A stretch of 64,000 nucleotides of DNA from Rubripirellula sp. Its GTDB lineage: Bacteria; Planctomycetota; Planctomycetia; Pirellulales; Pirellulaceae. The stretch lies in NCBI GenBank assembly GCA_965216875.1, contig OZ244207.1, positions 5,376,001 through 5,440,000 on the forward strand, in the 5' to 3' direction. The position numbers were made by a program, and so were the translations under genes. This document shows, one piece after another, positions 49,123 to 58,749 of the stretch (position 1 is its first letter; the number at the start of each line of letters is the position of its first letter). The notes beneath the pieces were generated by a model. It was not told the origin of the DNA. It made no database searches and saw only the letters and a list, made by a program, of their open reading frames with translations.

Positions 49123-51117
49123 ATGGTTGTGAGCTTGGACAAGCTCGAAGCTCTTTTTGAGCAGGCCACGAGCCCACTACGCAGTTCCGTTCTGCAAGAC
49201 AGAAGTGCTGTCCTACGTGAAGCAAAACGCCGTCATGCGCGAGATCCAAACGATCGTGTCGCCATGCGGTCGGTCGCGGCTGCACTTCTGTGTAACAACC
49301 AGCCGGCCGAGTCGCTTGCTCTCTTGCAACGCGATCCTACGATCGCAGACGATCCCCTATGGCACCGACTCGTTGCCCACGCGCACTTGGCATTGAATGA
49401 CGGGCAGCGGGCTCTCGATCACCTTCAGCTGGCGATCCGCTCGGACCCCTGTCAGAGCGATGACTGGAATCTGATCGGGCATCTCTATGCACAGAGCAAT
49501 CAAACGGACAAAGCGATTGAGCATTTCCAACGCTCATTGGTCATCGACGATGTCAATCACGAGGCATCGATCGCGTTGAGTCAGCTTCTGGTCGATCAGG
49601 ACAGACCAAATGACGCGATCGACACCTTACGCGTCAGTATTCTAAAGGACCGCCGATCCGCAACGCTTAACCGAGCGCTCGGACAGTTGCTTGAACACCA
49701 AGCGTTGAGGCTTCGCAGGCGGCGAGCGTGGCGTTTGCATCGTAAGATCCTCGAAGAAGCGGTGGACTGCTACGAGATCGTTTCGGCGTCCGCCCCTGAT
49801 GCTGAAACGCTGGTCCGCTTGGCCGGTATCCTGCGACTCCTCGATCGGCATGACGAATCAACTGCGGCATTGCGAAAAGCCATCGAAGTCGATCCGCTGT
49901 CAGCAGAAGCGTACGCACAACTGGCCAATGTCCATGTCGAGAAAGGCGAAATGGATGCAGCCGCGGTTCTGTTTGAAAAATCACTACGCGCCAACCCCAA
50001 CCGTTCCGGCACGTACTTTCGCTTCACGCGAGCTAAAAAGTTCAAACCGGGCGATGAGTCAGATCAATACCTGGCACAGATTCGCAAGCTGCTTGCCGAT
50101 CCAACGTTGCGACGCCCCGACTTGGTGCCACTGCATTTCGCAGCCGCGAAAATCTTGGATGACACTCAGCAGTACGCGGATGCCTGGCTTCACTACGACG
50201 CCGGAAATCGACTGAAACCGGGTCACAGCGATAACCGCGAGAATCCTCAACGGAGTCAACTTGTTCAAACGGTCAAACGCACCATCGAGGTGTTTGACGA
50301 CGCGTTCTTCGACGGCAGGGTTCCCTCTCCATCGGCCGATCGACGACCGATCTTCATTATCGGCATGCCGCGGTCGGGCACGACATTGACCGAACAGATC
50401 GTTAGCAGCCACCCGTCCGTTATGGGCGCGGGCGAATTGAAAGAGATCGATCGCATCCGTCAACAGATCGTCAAGGACCACACCCAGTACGCTCAGAATC
50501 AAACTCCGGAAGTGCCACTCCAAGAGCTGTACCCTGCGATCCTCTCGACTGTCGACGGCCGCTACCTCGACGACCTGACTCAGCGTCATCTCGACTACTT
50601 AAGAGAGCTCGGCGGCGACTGCCAGTACGTGACCGACAAGATGCCAACCAACTTCTTGCACCTCGGGTTGATCGCGACACTCTTCCCTGGCGCGACCATC
50701 ATTCATTGCCGTCGAAACCCGATGGATGTACTCGTCTCTTGTTACTGCCAAAACCTGAGCGCGCCCTTTTGTGACCTGGAAGCTTTGATCGAGTACCACG
50801 GACTCTACCGAAGGCTCATGCGACATTGGCAGAGCGTGCTCCCGCTTCCTATCCATACGGTTGATTACGAAGAGCTGGTCACCGACCCCGAATCCAATGT
50901 CCGAGCGCTGATCGAGCATTGTGGCTTGCCTTGGGATGCGCGTTGTTTGGATTTCCAATCCAACAAACGAAGCGTCCAAACACCAAGCAAGTGGCAAGTC
51001 CGACAACCGATGTACTCGACATCCGTTGCTAAATGGAAACGCTTCGAACCGCAACTACGAGAGATTGCCGAGAGGATCGAAGAGGAAATGCGATCCGAGG
51101 CTACGTCCGGCTCCTAG
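49123..51117 (+). CDS. TPR-containing PAPS-dependent sulfotransferase
   Basis: N-terminal TPRs; 5'-PSB PIFIIGMPRSGTT; DKMP; 3'-PB RRNPMDVLVS; YEELVTDPE; QVRQPMY. Confidence 0.93.
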   Translation: MVVSLDKLEALFEQATSPLRSSVLQDRSAVLREAKRRHARDPNDRVAMRSVAAALLCNNQPAESLALLQRDPTIADDPLWHRLVAHAHLALNDGQRALDHLQLAIRSDPCQSDDWNLIGHLYAQSNQTDKAIEHFQRSLVIDDVNHEASIALSQLLVDQDRPNDAIDTLRVSILKDRRSATLNRALGQLLEHQALRLRRRRAWRLHRKILEEAVDCYEIVSASAPDAETLVRLAGILRLLDRHDESTAALRKAIEVDPLSAEAYAQLANVHVEKGEMDAAAVLFEKSLRANPNRSGTYFRFTRAKKFKPGDESDQYLAQIRKLLADPTLRRPDLVPLHFAAAKILDDTQQYADAWLHYDAGNRLKPGHSDNRENPQRSQLVQTVKRTIEVFDDAFFDGRVPSPSADRRPIFIIGMPRSGTTLTEQIVSSHPSVMGAGELKEIDRIRQQIVKDHTQYAQNQTPEVPLQELYPAILSTVDGRYLDDLTQRHLDYLRELGGDCQYVTDKMPTNFLHLGLIATLFPGATIIHCRRNPMDVLVSCYCQNLSAPFCDLEALIEYHGLYRRLMRHWQSVLPLPIHTVDYEELVTDPESNVRALIEHCGLPWDARCLDFQSNKRSVQTPSKWQVRQPMYSTSVAKWKRFEPQLREIAERIEEEMRSEATSGS

Positions 51118-51138
51118 AACCGAACGGCATTGCTTGCC

Positions 51139-52134
51139 TTAGTCTTGCAGGGCTTCTTCGACCGCTTTGATCACCACAGGCAAAACACGTGCTTTGACAT
51201 CGGCGAGTGTGCCTTCTTGGAAGGCACCGGCCGCGGCCTTGTGACCTCCACCGCCAAATTGCTGGGCGATTTCGTTGCAGTCCATCCCGCAACGGCTTCG
51301 GAAGCTCAACTTGAATCCGCCTCGCAGTTGCCCAACAAAGATGACTGCAGCCTGAGTGCCAGCGACGGAGAGCGTCAGATTGATCGCATCCTCGGTGTCG
51401 CTTGGCAGAGCACCCATTGCATCGAAGTCTTCTTTCTCGACGTAGGTATGCATCAACGCACCCTCCACTTCAGAAGTGGTACGCGACAAGATCAAACCAC
51501 GCAGCTTCAGTCTTCCGAGTGTGTCGCGTTCGTAGAGGTCCCCATAAACTTCCGACGGCACGACGCCAGCATCAACCAAACGTCCGATCACACGGTAGGT
51601 TTCTGACGTAACGCTGCTGAACCGGAACCAACCCGTATCGGTGGCGATGGCCGCGAACAGTGCCGACGACATCGTTCGGGTCAATGGCACATTCAAGGCA
51701 TCCGCGGCTTGGACCACCAAGTGGCCTGTCGCTTCGGCTTGGTAGTCCTTGTACATCGTCGCGCCCAAGTCATCTTCGCCGACGTGGTGGTCGACCACCA
51801 TTTTGTCCGCTCGCGAAGTACGAATCACATCGCCCATGTCACCAAGCTGCGCCCACGCGCTGGTGTCGAGCACCATGATGCAATCGGCCGAGATGTCTTC
51901 CGCTTCGACATCATCGCCAAGCACTTCGATGTTGCCTGCAGGGTCGAGAAACTGAAGGGCAGGCGGTGTGCGGTGCGCGTTGATGATTCGCACTTTCTTG
52001 CCGACCGCACGCAACACTTCGGCCATCCCGAGCTCGCTGCCCAGGGCATCGCAATCAGGGCGAATGTGGCTTACCAAAACGAACGATTCGTAATGGCTGA
52101 TTTGATCAACAAAAGCTTTCCAGTTAACGCCCAT
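51139..52134 (-). CDS. nrnA: DHH phosphoesterase, NrnA-like (nanoRNase/pAp phosphatase)
   Basis: HIRPDCDALGS, VDHH, ATDTGWFRF, GGGGHKAAAG; follows ribF. Confidence 0.85.
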   Translation of the reverse strand: MGVNWKAFVDQISHYESFVLVSHIRPDCDALGSELGMAEVLRAVGKKVRIINAHRTPPALQFLDPAGNIEVLGDDVEAEDISADCIMVLDTSAWAQLGDMGDVIRTSRADKMVVDHHVGEDDLGATMYKDYQAEATGHLVVQAADALNVPLTRTMSSALFAAIATDTGWFRFSSVTSETYRVIGRLVDAGVVPSEVYGDLYERDTLGRLKLRGLILSRTTSEVEGALMHTYVEKEDFDAMGALPSDTEDAINLTLSVAGTQAAVIFVGQLRGGFKLSFRSRCGMDCNEIAQQFGGGGHKAAAGAFQEGTLADVKARVLPVVIKAVEEALQD

Positions 52135-52180
52135 TGAGGTTTCTTTCTCTATGCGAGTGTTTTCAGCGGTGGCAGCGTGT

Positions 52181-53128
52181 TTAGGCAGAGACAAATTCGG
52201 AATCGGAACTCAGTCGTGAACGAATCGTTGCGACATCGGTTGCTAGTTGTTGAGCCAAATCTTCGGCCGATTCAAAGCGGGCAATGTCACGCACTCGGAC
52301 GGCAAAGTCAACCATGATCGTTTGGCCATAAAGATCGGCATCGAGATCCATCAGGTGCACTTCGATCTTTGAACGCCCATCCTGCTCGAAGGTGGGACTG
52401 GGTCCGATATGGATCGCCGCCAAATGCCGCTTACCCTGGCAATACGCGTGACCTCCGTAGACCCCCAAGGCAGGTGTCACGACGTCAACTTGCCCGAGGT
52501 TTGCCGTCGGAAAACCGATGGTTCGACCGCGGCCCGCCCCCGTTTCGACGACGCCACGAATACGATGCGGCGCGTTGATCAGGCTTGCTGCGGATTCAAC
52601 ATCGCCTTCAGCGAGCAGACCGCGAATTCGCGTGCTGCTGATCATCCCGTCGCCAACGACCGTCGGCTCAACGATTGAGAGTTTGATCTGGTTGCGATCA
52701 CAAAGCTCAGCCAAGGTTTCGACGTTGCCCTCGCGGCCACGACCGAAGAAGAAGTTGGGACCCTCAACCACCGCCTTGGCTTCCAATCCTTCGACCACCA
52801 ACCCGTTGAAGAACGCCTCGGCCGATTGCTGCAGAAACTCACGTGTCGTCTCACAGACCACCAGGTAATCGACACCGAACTCTGACATGCGTTCAGCGCG
52901 ACGCTCGATCCAGCTCAATCGTGCTGGCAACTGTTGTGGCCGCAGGATCGCCGCAGGATGAGGGTCGAGAATCATCGCGGTGACTGGCCCCGAAACTTCG
53001 TCCGCGAGACGCCTCGCCTCACTCAACAGTGCTGCATGACCTCGATGCACTCCATCGAAGTTGCCAATACTGATCACGCCCCCCTTGTTGGCTGCGGTGA
53101 TTTGAGCGAGCGGGACGATTTCGGTCAC
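52181..53128 (-). CDS. ribF: Bifunctional riboflavin kinase/FAD synthetase
   Basis: IGNFDGVHRGH, ISSTRIR, GRTIGFPTAN, IEVHL. GTG start inferred. Confidence 0.95.
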   Translation of the reverse strand: MTEIVPLAQITAANKGGVISIGNFDGVHRGHAALLSEARRLADEVSGPVTAMILDPHPAAILRPQQLPARLSWIERRAERMSEFGVDYLVVCETTREFLQQSAEAFFNGLVVEGLEAKAVVEGPNFFFGRGREGNVETLAELCDRNQIKLSIVEPTVVGDGMISSTRIRGLLAEGDVESAASLINAPHRIRGVVETGAGRGRTIGFPTANLGQVDVVTPALGVYGGHAYCQGKRHLAAIHIGPSPTFEQDGRSKIEVHLMDLDADLYGQTIMVDFAVRVRDIARFESAEDLAQQLATDVATIRSRLSSDSEFVSA

Positions 53129-53291
53129 TGGGCGAGGCAACGATAGAGGATTGAAAGCAGGGCAGGGGAGTGGAGCGGCTGCCGCGATGGCCTCCACGAT
53201 TATGATCGACTCAGTGCGATCTTCGTAGCGGTGATTCGACGCGGCATTTGGGAGGGATTCCGAGGCGATTTGCGACCAGTCCACCGCGAGG

Positions 53292-54179
53292 CTAGTCGGC
53301 GAGGACCTCGTCAATTGCGAGCGAAATCATCGAAGAAATCGCCGGCGCGGTCACACCTGCTTGCCCCATTTGGCTGGCCACCAAATCGCCAGCTCGACCG
53401 TGCAGCCAGACCCCCAGGCGAGCAGCATCGCCAACCGACAGCGATTGTCCAATCAGCGATGCGATCACTCCGGTAAGCACATCGCCACTGCCGGCGGTCG
53501 CCATCCCGGGGTTACCGGTCGAATTGGTCCAAACCGCATCGCCTTCGATCACCATCGTCGGCGCTCCCTTCAACACAATGACCGCTCCAGAGGCTTTTGA
53601 CAGCTCGATCGCAGCATCCCGCTGCGATCGGCGGTCTGCCGATGACACTCCTGTCAATCGTGCGAACTCGCCCGGATGCGGCGTCAGGACAAGCGAAGCC
53701 TCGGCGGTAGCACTTGCTTGGTTCCGTACCAGAGTCGTCCAATCCAACATCGCCAAACAATTGATCGCGTCGGCATCAAAAACGACGGGCGTCTTCGAAG
53801 ATTGCAAAACGCGCTCAACAATCGCCATCGATCCAGCCGCAGTGGTCATGCCTGGCCCACACGCGACGACGTTGGCGGCGGCCATCCATTTGCAAAGCTC
53901 ACCAGCCGCATCGGTTGCAAACCTGCCGTCCGAATCATCCGCCAGCGGTGTCGTCATGATCGCTGGATGAAACGACGCCACGGTTTCGAGACAACGATTG
54001 GGGACTGCGGCAGTGACCAAGCCGCTTCCGGTATGCAACGCCGCGATCGAACTCAACGCGATCGAACCTGCCATGCCACGACTGCCGCCGATCAACAACA
54101 CGCGTCCAAAGCTTCCCTTGTGCGCATCCGACTCGCGCTGCGGAAGCATGAGTGGCGGTTCGGGACTGTCGTGCGTCAT
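53292..54179 (-). CDS. nnrD: NAD(P)H-hydrate dehydratase
   Basis: HKGSFG, GGSRGMAG, DADAIN, LTPHPGEF, ATAGSGDVLTG. Confidence 0.93.
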   Translation of the reverse strand: MTHDSPEPPLMLPQRESDAHKGSFGRVLLIGGSRGMAGSIALSSIAALHTGSGLVTAAVPNRCLETVASFHPAIMTTPLADDSDGRFATDAAGELCKWMAAANVVACGPGMTTAAGSMAIVERVLQSSKTPVVFDADAINCLAMLDWTTLVRNQASATAEASLVLTPHPGEFARLTGVSSADRRSQRDAAIELSKASGAVIVLKGAPTMVIEGDAVWTNSTGNPGMATAGSGDVLTGVIASLIGQSLSVGDAARLGVWLHGRAGDLVASQMGQAGVTAPAISSMISLAIDEVLAD

Positions 54180-55087
54180 CAGCGTCCAAGTCTCTGCGAA
54201 ACTTCGATCAACTGTTTGAGCACGACTCCGGCCATGTATCCACCTTTGAAACCGGCATCGATGTTGACCACCGAAACGTTGGACGCGCAACTGCAGAGCA
54301 TTCCCATCAGCGGCGTCAGTCCGTTAAGAGCGCTGCCGTACCCGACACTCGTTGGAACGGCAAACACAGGCGCTGAGACATGACCGGCGACCACCGGCGG
54401 AAGAGCACCCTCCATTCCGGCCACAACGACGATCGCCGAAGCTTGGCGCAGTTGGTCCACCACCGCCAACAACCGCTGCGGCCCTGCCACGCCGATGTCC
54501 TCGTACCGAGCGACAGGAATCTTCATCCAAGCCAATGTCTCGATCGCCTCTTCGGCAACCGGCAAGTCAGTGCTGCCCGCCGTCACCACGGCAGCATGCA
54601 GCGTCGTTGCAAGGTCTTCTTTGGCCAGCGGCTGGACCACTTCGCACCGGTCACCCATCGGCGCATGCAGCGTTCGAGCGACCGGGTTGTGCCTGGCCTG
54701 TCCGACGACTTGGCGAACCCGAAAGGCGACATCACTATCAATACGTGTGACGAAAGCGTTTTGACCCGCCTCGTGTTGTGTCTGGATGATTCGCGTGATC
54801 AGTTCCGACGATTTGCCTTCGCCGTAAATCACCTCACCAAACCCACACCTCGCTTGGCGACCCAAATCGACTGTCGCACCTTCGGTTTCTGTCATCATGT
54901 CGAGCGTCCCTGAAGGGGTGGATGATTCACCAATCGAACCACTAGCGGAGCTTCCGCGGTCATTACCACCGCGGCCGTTGACCTGCTGGCGGCTGCGATC
55001 AAGCTGGGCAACCAGCTCGTCGCTCGATGCTTCGCCCGACAGCACTTTGGTGACCAAGTCCAGTAGGGCAGGGGGGAGGTTAGACAT
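54179..55087 (-). CDS. larB: LarB-like (AIR carboxylase family) protein
   Basis: EVIYGEGK, AGSTDLPVAEEA, DIGVAG, AGMEGAL, PTSVGYG, VVNIDAGF. Confidence 0.9.
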   Translation of the reverse strand: MSNLPPALLDLVTKVLSGEASSDELVAQLDRSRQQVNGRGGNDRGSSASGSIGESSTPSGTLDMMTETEGATVDLGRQARCGFGEVIYGEGKSSELITRIIQTQHEAGQNAFVTRIDSDVAFRVRQVVGQARHNPVARTLHAPMGDRCEVVQPLAKEDLATTLHAAVVTAGSTDLPVAEEAIETLAWMKIPVARYEDIGVAGPQRLLAVVDQLRQASAIVVVAGMEGALPPVVAGHVSAPVFAVPTSVGYGSALNGLTPLMGMLCSCASNVSVVNIDAGFKGGYMAGVVLKQLIEVSQRLGR

Positions 55088-55252
55088 GATGTGGTTTCCG
55101 CATCGTTGTCGACTGCATGCCGGGTTGCGGCCAAGCAAAAGGAATCATCAAATCACAGCGTGATCGACTCTTGCAAATCGCAACCAATCCCATAGTCTCA
55201 CACGTCACACCCCGCGTCTCAAGTCACTCACCCTCCATCAAACACAGCAAAA

Positions 55253-56467
55253 ATGAAAAGTTGCGTCCTCGCGTATTCCGGCGGCCTCGATACTTCCGTC
55301 ATTCTCGGCTGGCTGCAAGACGAAGGCTACGAAGTCCACGCAGTCTACGTTGACCTCGGTCAGCCTTGCGAAGACCGCGAAGCAACGATGCAAAAGGCCA
55401 AGGATTGTGGAGCCGCTTCATCGCGTATTGTCGACGTTCGCGAAGAGCTGTGTCGCGACTTTGCTTTTCCCGTCCTCGCATGGCAAGCCAAGTACGAACA
55501 AATCTACTTGCTCGGGACTTCGATCGCCCGCCCCTTGATCAGCAAGGTGTGTCTTGAGGTCGCCCGCGAGGTCGGAGCCACCGCCTACGCTCACGGTGCA
55601 ACTGGCAAAGGAAACGACCAATGTCGCTTCCAACTGGCAGCCGAAGCACTCGACCCAAGCGTGGAAATGATCGCCCCCTGGCGAATCAAAAAGTTCCGCG
55701 ATGCATTCCCGGGACGAACCGAACTGATTGCCTACTGCGAAAACAAGAACATCCCTGTCAAAGCATCGACGGCCAAACCTTACTCGAGCGACGAAAACGT
55801 CTTGCACATCAGCTATGAAGCAGGCGAGCTGGAAGAGCTAGACGTCAACGGCGTCGAACTGGTCGACTTCGGTATGGGCGTCAGTCCTCAAGAAGCACCC
55901 GACGAATCGGAAACGGTCACCATCGGATTCGAATCAGGTGTTCCGACCACACTCAACGGCACCAAAGTTGGCCCGCTGGTCATGGTTCAACAGCTCAACC
56001 AAATCGCTGGCCGCAACGGTGTCGGCCGAATTGATATGGTTGAGAATCGATTTGTTGGCATGAAGAGCCGCGGCGTTTACGAATCACCAGGCATGACCGT
56101 CCTGTACGACGCGTTGATGTACATCGAACAACTGACGATGGATCGCGACCTGACTCACCTCCGCGATCGGCTCGCCCCCGAAGTTGCCGAAATGGTTTAC
56201 TACGGTTTCTGGTACACGCCAAAGATGGATGCGTTGATGTCGTTCATCAAGGAAGCTCAAAAACCAGTGACCGGCGAAGTCACCCTGAAACTTTACAAAG
56301 GCAACATCAGCGTCGATTCGCGAACCAGCCCAAACAGCCTTTACGATGCAGAAATCGCAACGATGGAGGGCGGCGGATCCTACAACCAAGACGACGCCGA
56401 AGGCTTCTTGCGAATTCAGGGGCTGCCAAGCCGCGTCCAGGGCACGGTATCGCCAAGAAAGTTCTAG
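55253..56467 (+). CDS. argG: Argininosuccinate synthase
   Basis: LAYSGGLDTS, HGATGKGNDQ, ENRFVGMKSRGVYE. Confidence 0.98.
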   Translation: MKSCVLAYSGGLDTSVILGWLQDEGYEVHAVYVDLGQPCEDREATMQKAKDCGAASSRIVDVREELCRDFAFPVLAWQAKYEQIYLLGTSIARPLISKVCLEVAREVGATAYAHGATGKGNDQCRFQLAAEALDPSVEMIAPWRIKKFRDAFPGRTELIAYCENKNIPVKASTAKPYSSDENVLHISYEAGELEELDVNGVELVDFGMGVSPQEAPDESETVTIGFESGVPTTLNGTKVGPLVMVQQLNQIAGRNGVGRIDMVENRFVGMKSRGVYESPGMTVLYDALMYIEQLTMDRDLTHLRDRLAPEVAEMVYYGFWYTPKMDALMSFIKEAQKPVTGEVTLKLYKGNISVDSRTSPNSLYDAEIATMEGGGSYNQDDAEGFLRIQGLPSRVQGTVSPRKF

Positions 56468-56818
56468 AACCGCCCGGACGTCCCGAAACCGGATGGGACA
56501 TTCCAAAATCGGAAGTGGCGTTTCAAAACCAGTCCGCGCGTTTCAGAATCGGCAAAGCACCCGCCACCTGGGCCGCGCGTCCCCCTCACAATGAACCATC
56601 AAGGCCATGCGAGACATACTCGCATGGCCTTTTTTATTGACGCGTAGACGCACTCTTCTTAGATTCAGATGGTTCGATGCTTGGTGCACAAGGCACTCGG
56701 TCTGCGCGCCAAGACGCCCAAACATCAACAACGCAGGGACGATAAGTCTCTCTATTCCAAGCTCGCCAAACTCACGGCGAAAAACCTGTCATTGCAATCA
56801 CGTGGTTGAGACATCGAC

Positions 56819-58657
56819 ATGCTGATCCTACGTACACTCCAAGTCGGCCTCGTTGCCCTCTTGGTCTTCTCAAGCGTTCCAGTGGACGCGGGCACATTCG
56901 AAGTCGAATCCCGCGCCGATGTCGCGTTGATGAAACGCAAGGTTCGGGCTGCTCAATTCTTGCACCGCGCCACGTTTGGTCCAACGCTCGAAGACATCGA
57001 TCAACTCGCTGCTCGGATGCGGCAGATCGGAACTCGTCGCGCTTGCGAAGAATGGATCAACGAGCAATTTGAGATCCCTGCGACGCTGCATGAACCGCTC
57101 GCGATTCAAATGATCCAAGACGACGGGTTCACCACCAATCAAAACAACGTCTGGATCCAACGTTTTCGCTATCACGCTTGGTGGCACAACTCACTGACCG
57201 CCGAAGACCAATTACGTCAGCGTGTCGCTTGGGCCCTGATTCAAATCCTTGTCACCAGCGAAGACGGCGCCGGATTCAACGATGCCAACCTCGGTAACGT
57301 TTCGGGCATCGGCCGCTGGCTGGGACCTACAAACTATTACGACATGTTGCTGAAGAACTCTTTCGGCAACTACCGCGAATTGCTCGAAGACGTCACCTAC
57401 CATCCGATCATGGGCGTCTACTTGAGCCACATGCGCAATCGCAAATCGAACGGAGTGCGATTCCCCGATGAAAACTACGCACGAGAGATCATGCAGCTGT
57501 TCACCATCGGCTTGTATGAACTTCATCTCGATGGTCGGCTGAAGACAGATGACGAAGGGAACCTCATCCCGACTTACGACAACGAAACAATCAAGAGCTT
57601 CGCTCGCGTCTTTACGGGCCTGACGTTCCAACCGGCCAACAATAACAACCACCCGTTTTGGAGCGGCAATGACTTTGAGTATCCCATGGTCATGTACGCC
57701 CCCGAGCATGACACCGATCCCAAAACGCTGCTCCGCGGCGAAGTGGTCGACCTGGACGACCCGGACGCCGAAATCAAAGCAGCGATCGAAAACCTGTTCA
57801 ACCATGAAAACATCGCGCCCTTTATCGCTCGACGATTGATTCAGCGGTTCGTCAAAAGCAATCCTTCACGTGCTTACATTCGCCGCGTTGCAAGAAAGTT
57901 CGAAAACAACGGCCAAGGCGAACGTGGTGACCTGAAAGCCGTTATCAAAGCAGTCCTCCTCGACCCTGAATGTTGGCGGAGTGTCCGAATTCGGGGCCTT
58001 CGTAGTCCCAACCGCGTCGAAGTAACGCCCCGCGGAACGGAATACTCGCGATTGCGTGAACCAGTGATTCGCTACACCTCGATGCTTCGCGCCGTCAACG
58101 TGACCAGCACGTACCACACCGGCCGAATGATGGTTTCGCCCCAATCGTGGAACTGGACACAAGAACCCTATCAATCGCCCAGCGTCTTCAACTTCTGGTT
58201 GCCTGATTACCAACCTCCGGGCGAACTATCGCGACACCCACCTTCGCGACGCATTCCCAATGGAGCGCTCTACGCACCCGAGTTTCAAATGAAGACAGCC
58301 GTGACATCCAACCGGTTGGTCAACCGCTACATCTGGGACATCAGTGGCCAGCGTTCGCGTCACTACCTCAGCAACAGTAACTACACGATGGATTGTGAAT
58401 TGCTGTTCGACCTCGAGCGTCAAAAAACGTATGCGACCGAAGATGACGACATGCACAAGCTATTGGACGAATTCGACTTGGTCTATTGCTGTGGATCGAT
58501 GCCGCAAGACTACAAAGATCGGATCGTCGAAGTCGTCAACGATCGAACGCAGTGGATGAAGAACAATGCCCAGTACCGGCCAGAGCTCGAAAATGCTCGA
58601 GTCGAAAGCGCGTTGATCGCCGTTGTCACCTCACCCTTCTGTGCTGTGTCCGAATAG
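56819..58657 (+). CDS. DUF1800 family exported protein
   Basis: FLHRATFGP, DQLRQRVAWAL, PDENYAREIMQLFTIG, SNPS, LREP, PSVFNF. Confidence 0.88.
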   Translation: MLILRTLQVGLVALLVFSSVPVDAGTFEVESRADVALMKRKVRAAQFLHRATFGPTLEDIDQLAARMRQIGTRRACEEWINEQFEIPATLHEPLAIQMIQDDGFTTNQNNVWIQRFRYHAWWHNSLTAEDQLRQRVAWALIQILVTSEDGAGFNDANLGNVSGIGRWLGPTNYYDMLLKNSFGNYRELLEDVTYHPIMGVYLSHMRNRKSNGVRFPDENYAREIMQLFTIGLYELHLDGRLKTDDEGNLIPTYDNETIKSFARVFTGLTFQPANNNNHPFWSGNDFEYPMVMYAPEHDTDPKTLLRGEVVDLDDPDAEIKAAIENLFNHENIAPFIARRLIQRFVKSNPSRAYIRRVARKFENNGQGERGDLKAVIKAVLLDPECWRSVRIRGLRSPNRVEVTPRGTEYSRLREPVIRYTSMLRAVNVTSTYHTGRMMVSPQSWNWTQEPYQSPSVFNFWLPDYQPPGELSRHPPSRRIPNGALYAPEFQMKTAVTSNRLVNRYIWDISGQRSRHYLSNSNYTMDCELLFDLERQKTYATEDDDMHKLLDEFDLVYCCGSMPQDYKDRIVEVVNDRTQWMKNNAQYRPELENARVESALIAVVTSPFCAVSE

Positions 58658-58749
58658 ACACATTTGCCGAGTGGACACCGGGTCACTCTTCGTTTCACAC
58701 AACTCCTCACCAAACATCATCGCAGTCAACAAGTCGCTGGAACGTCGCC

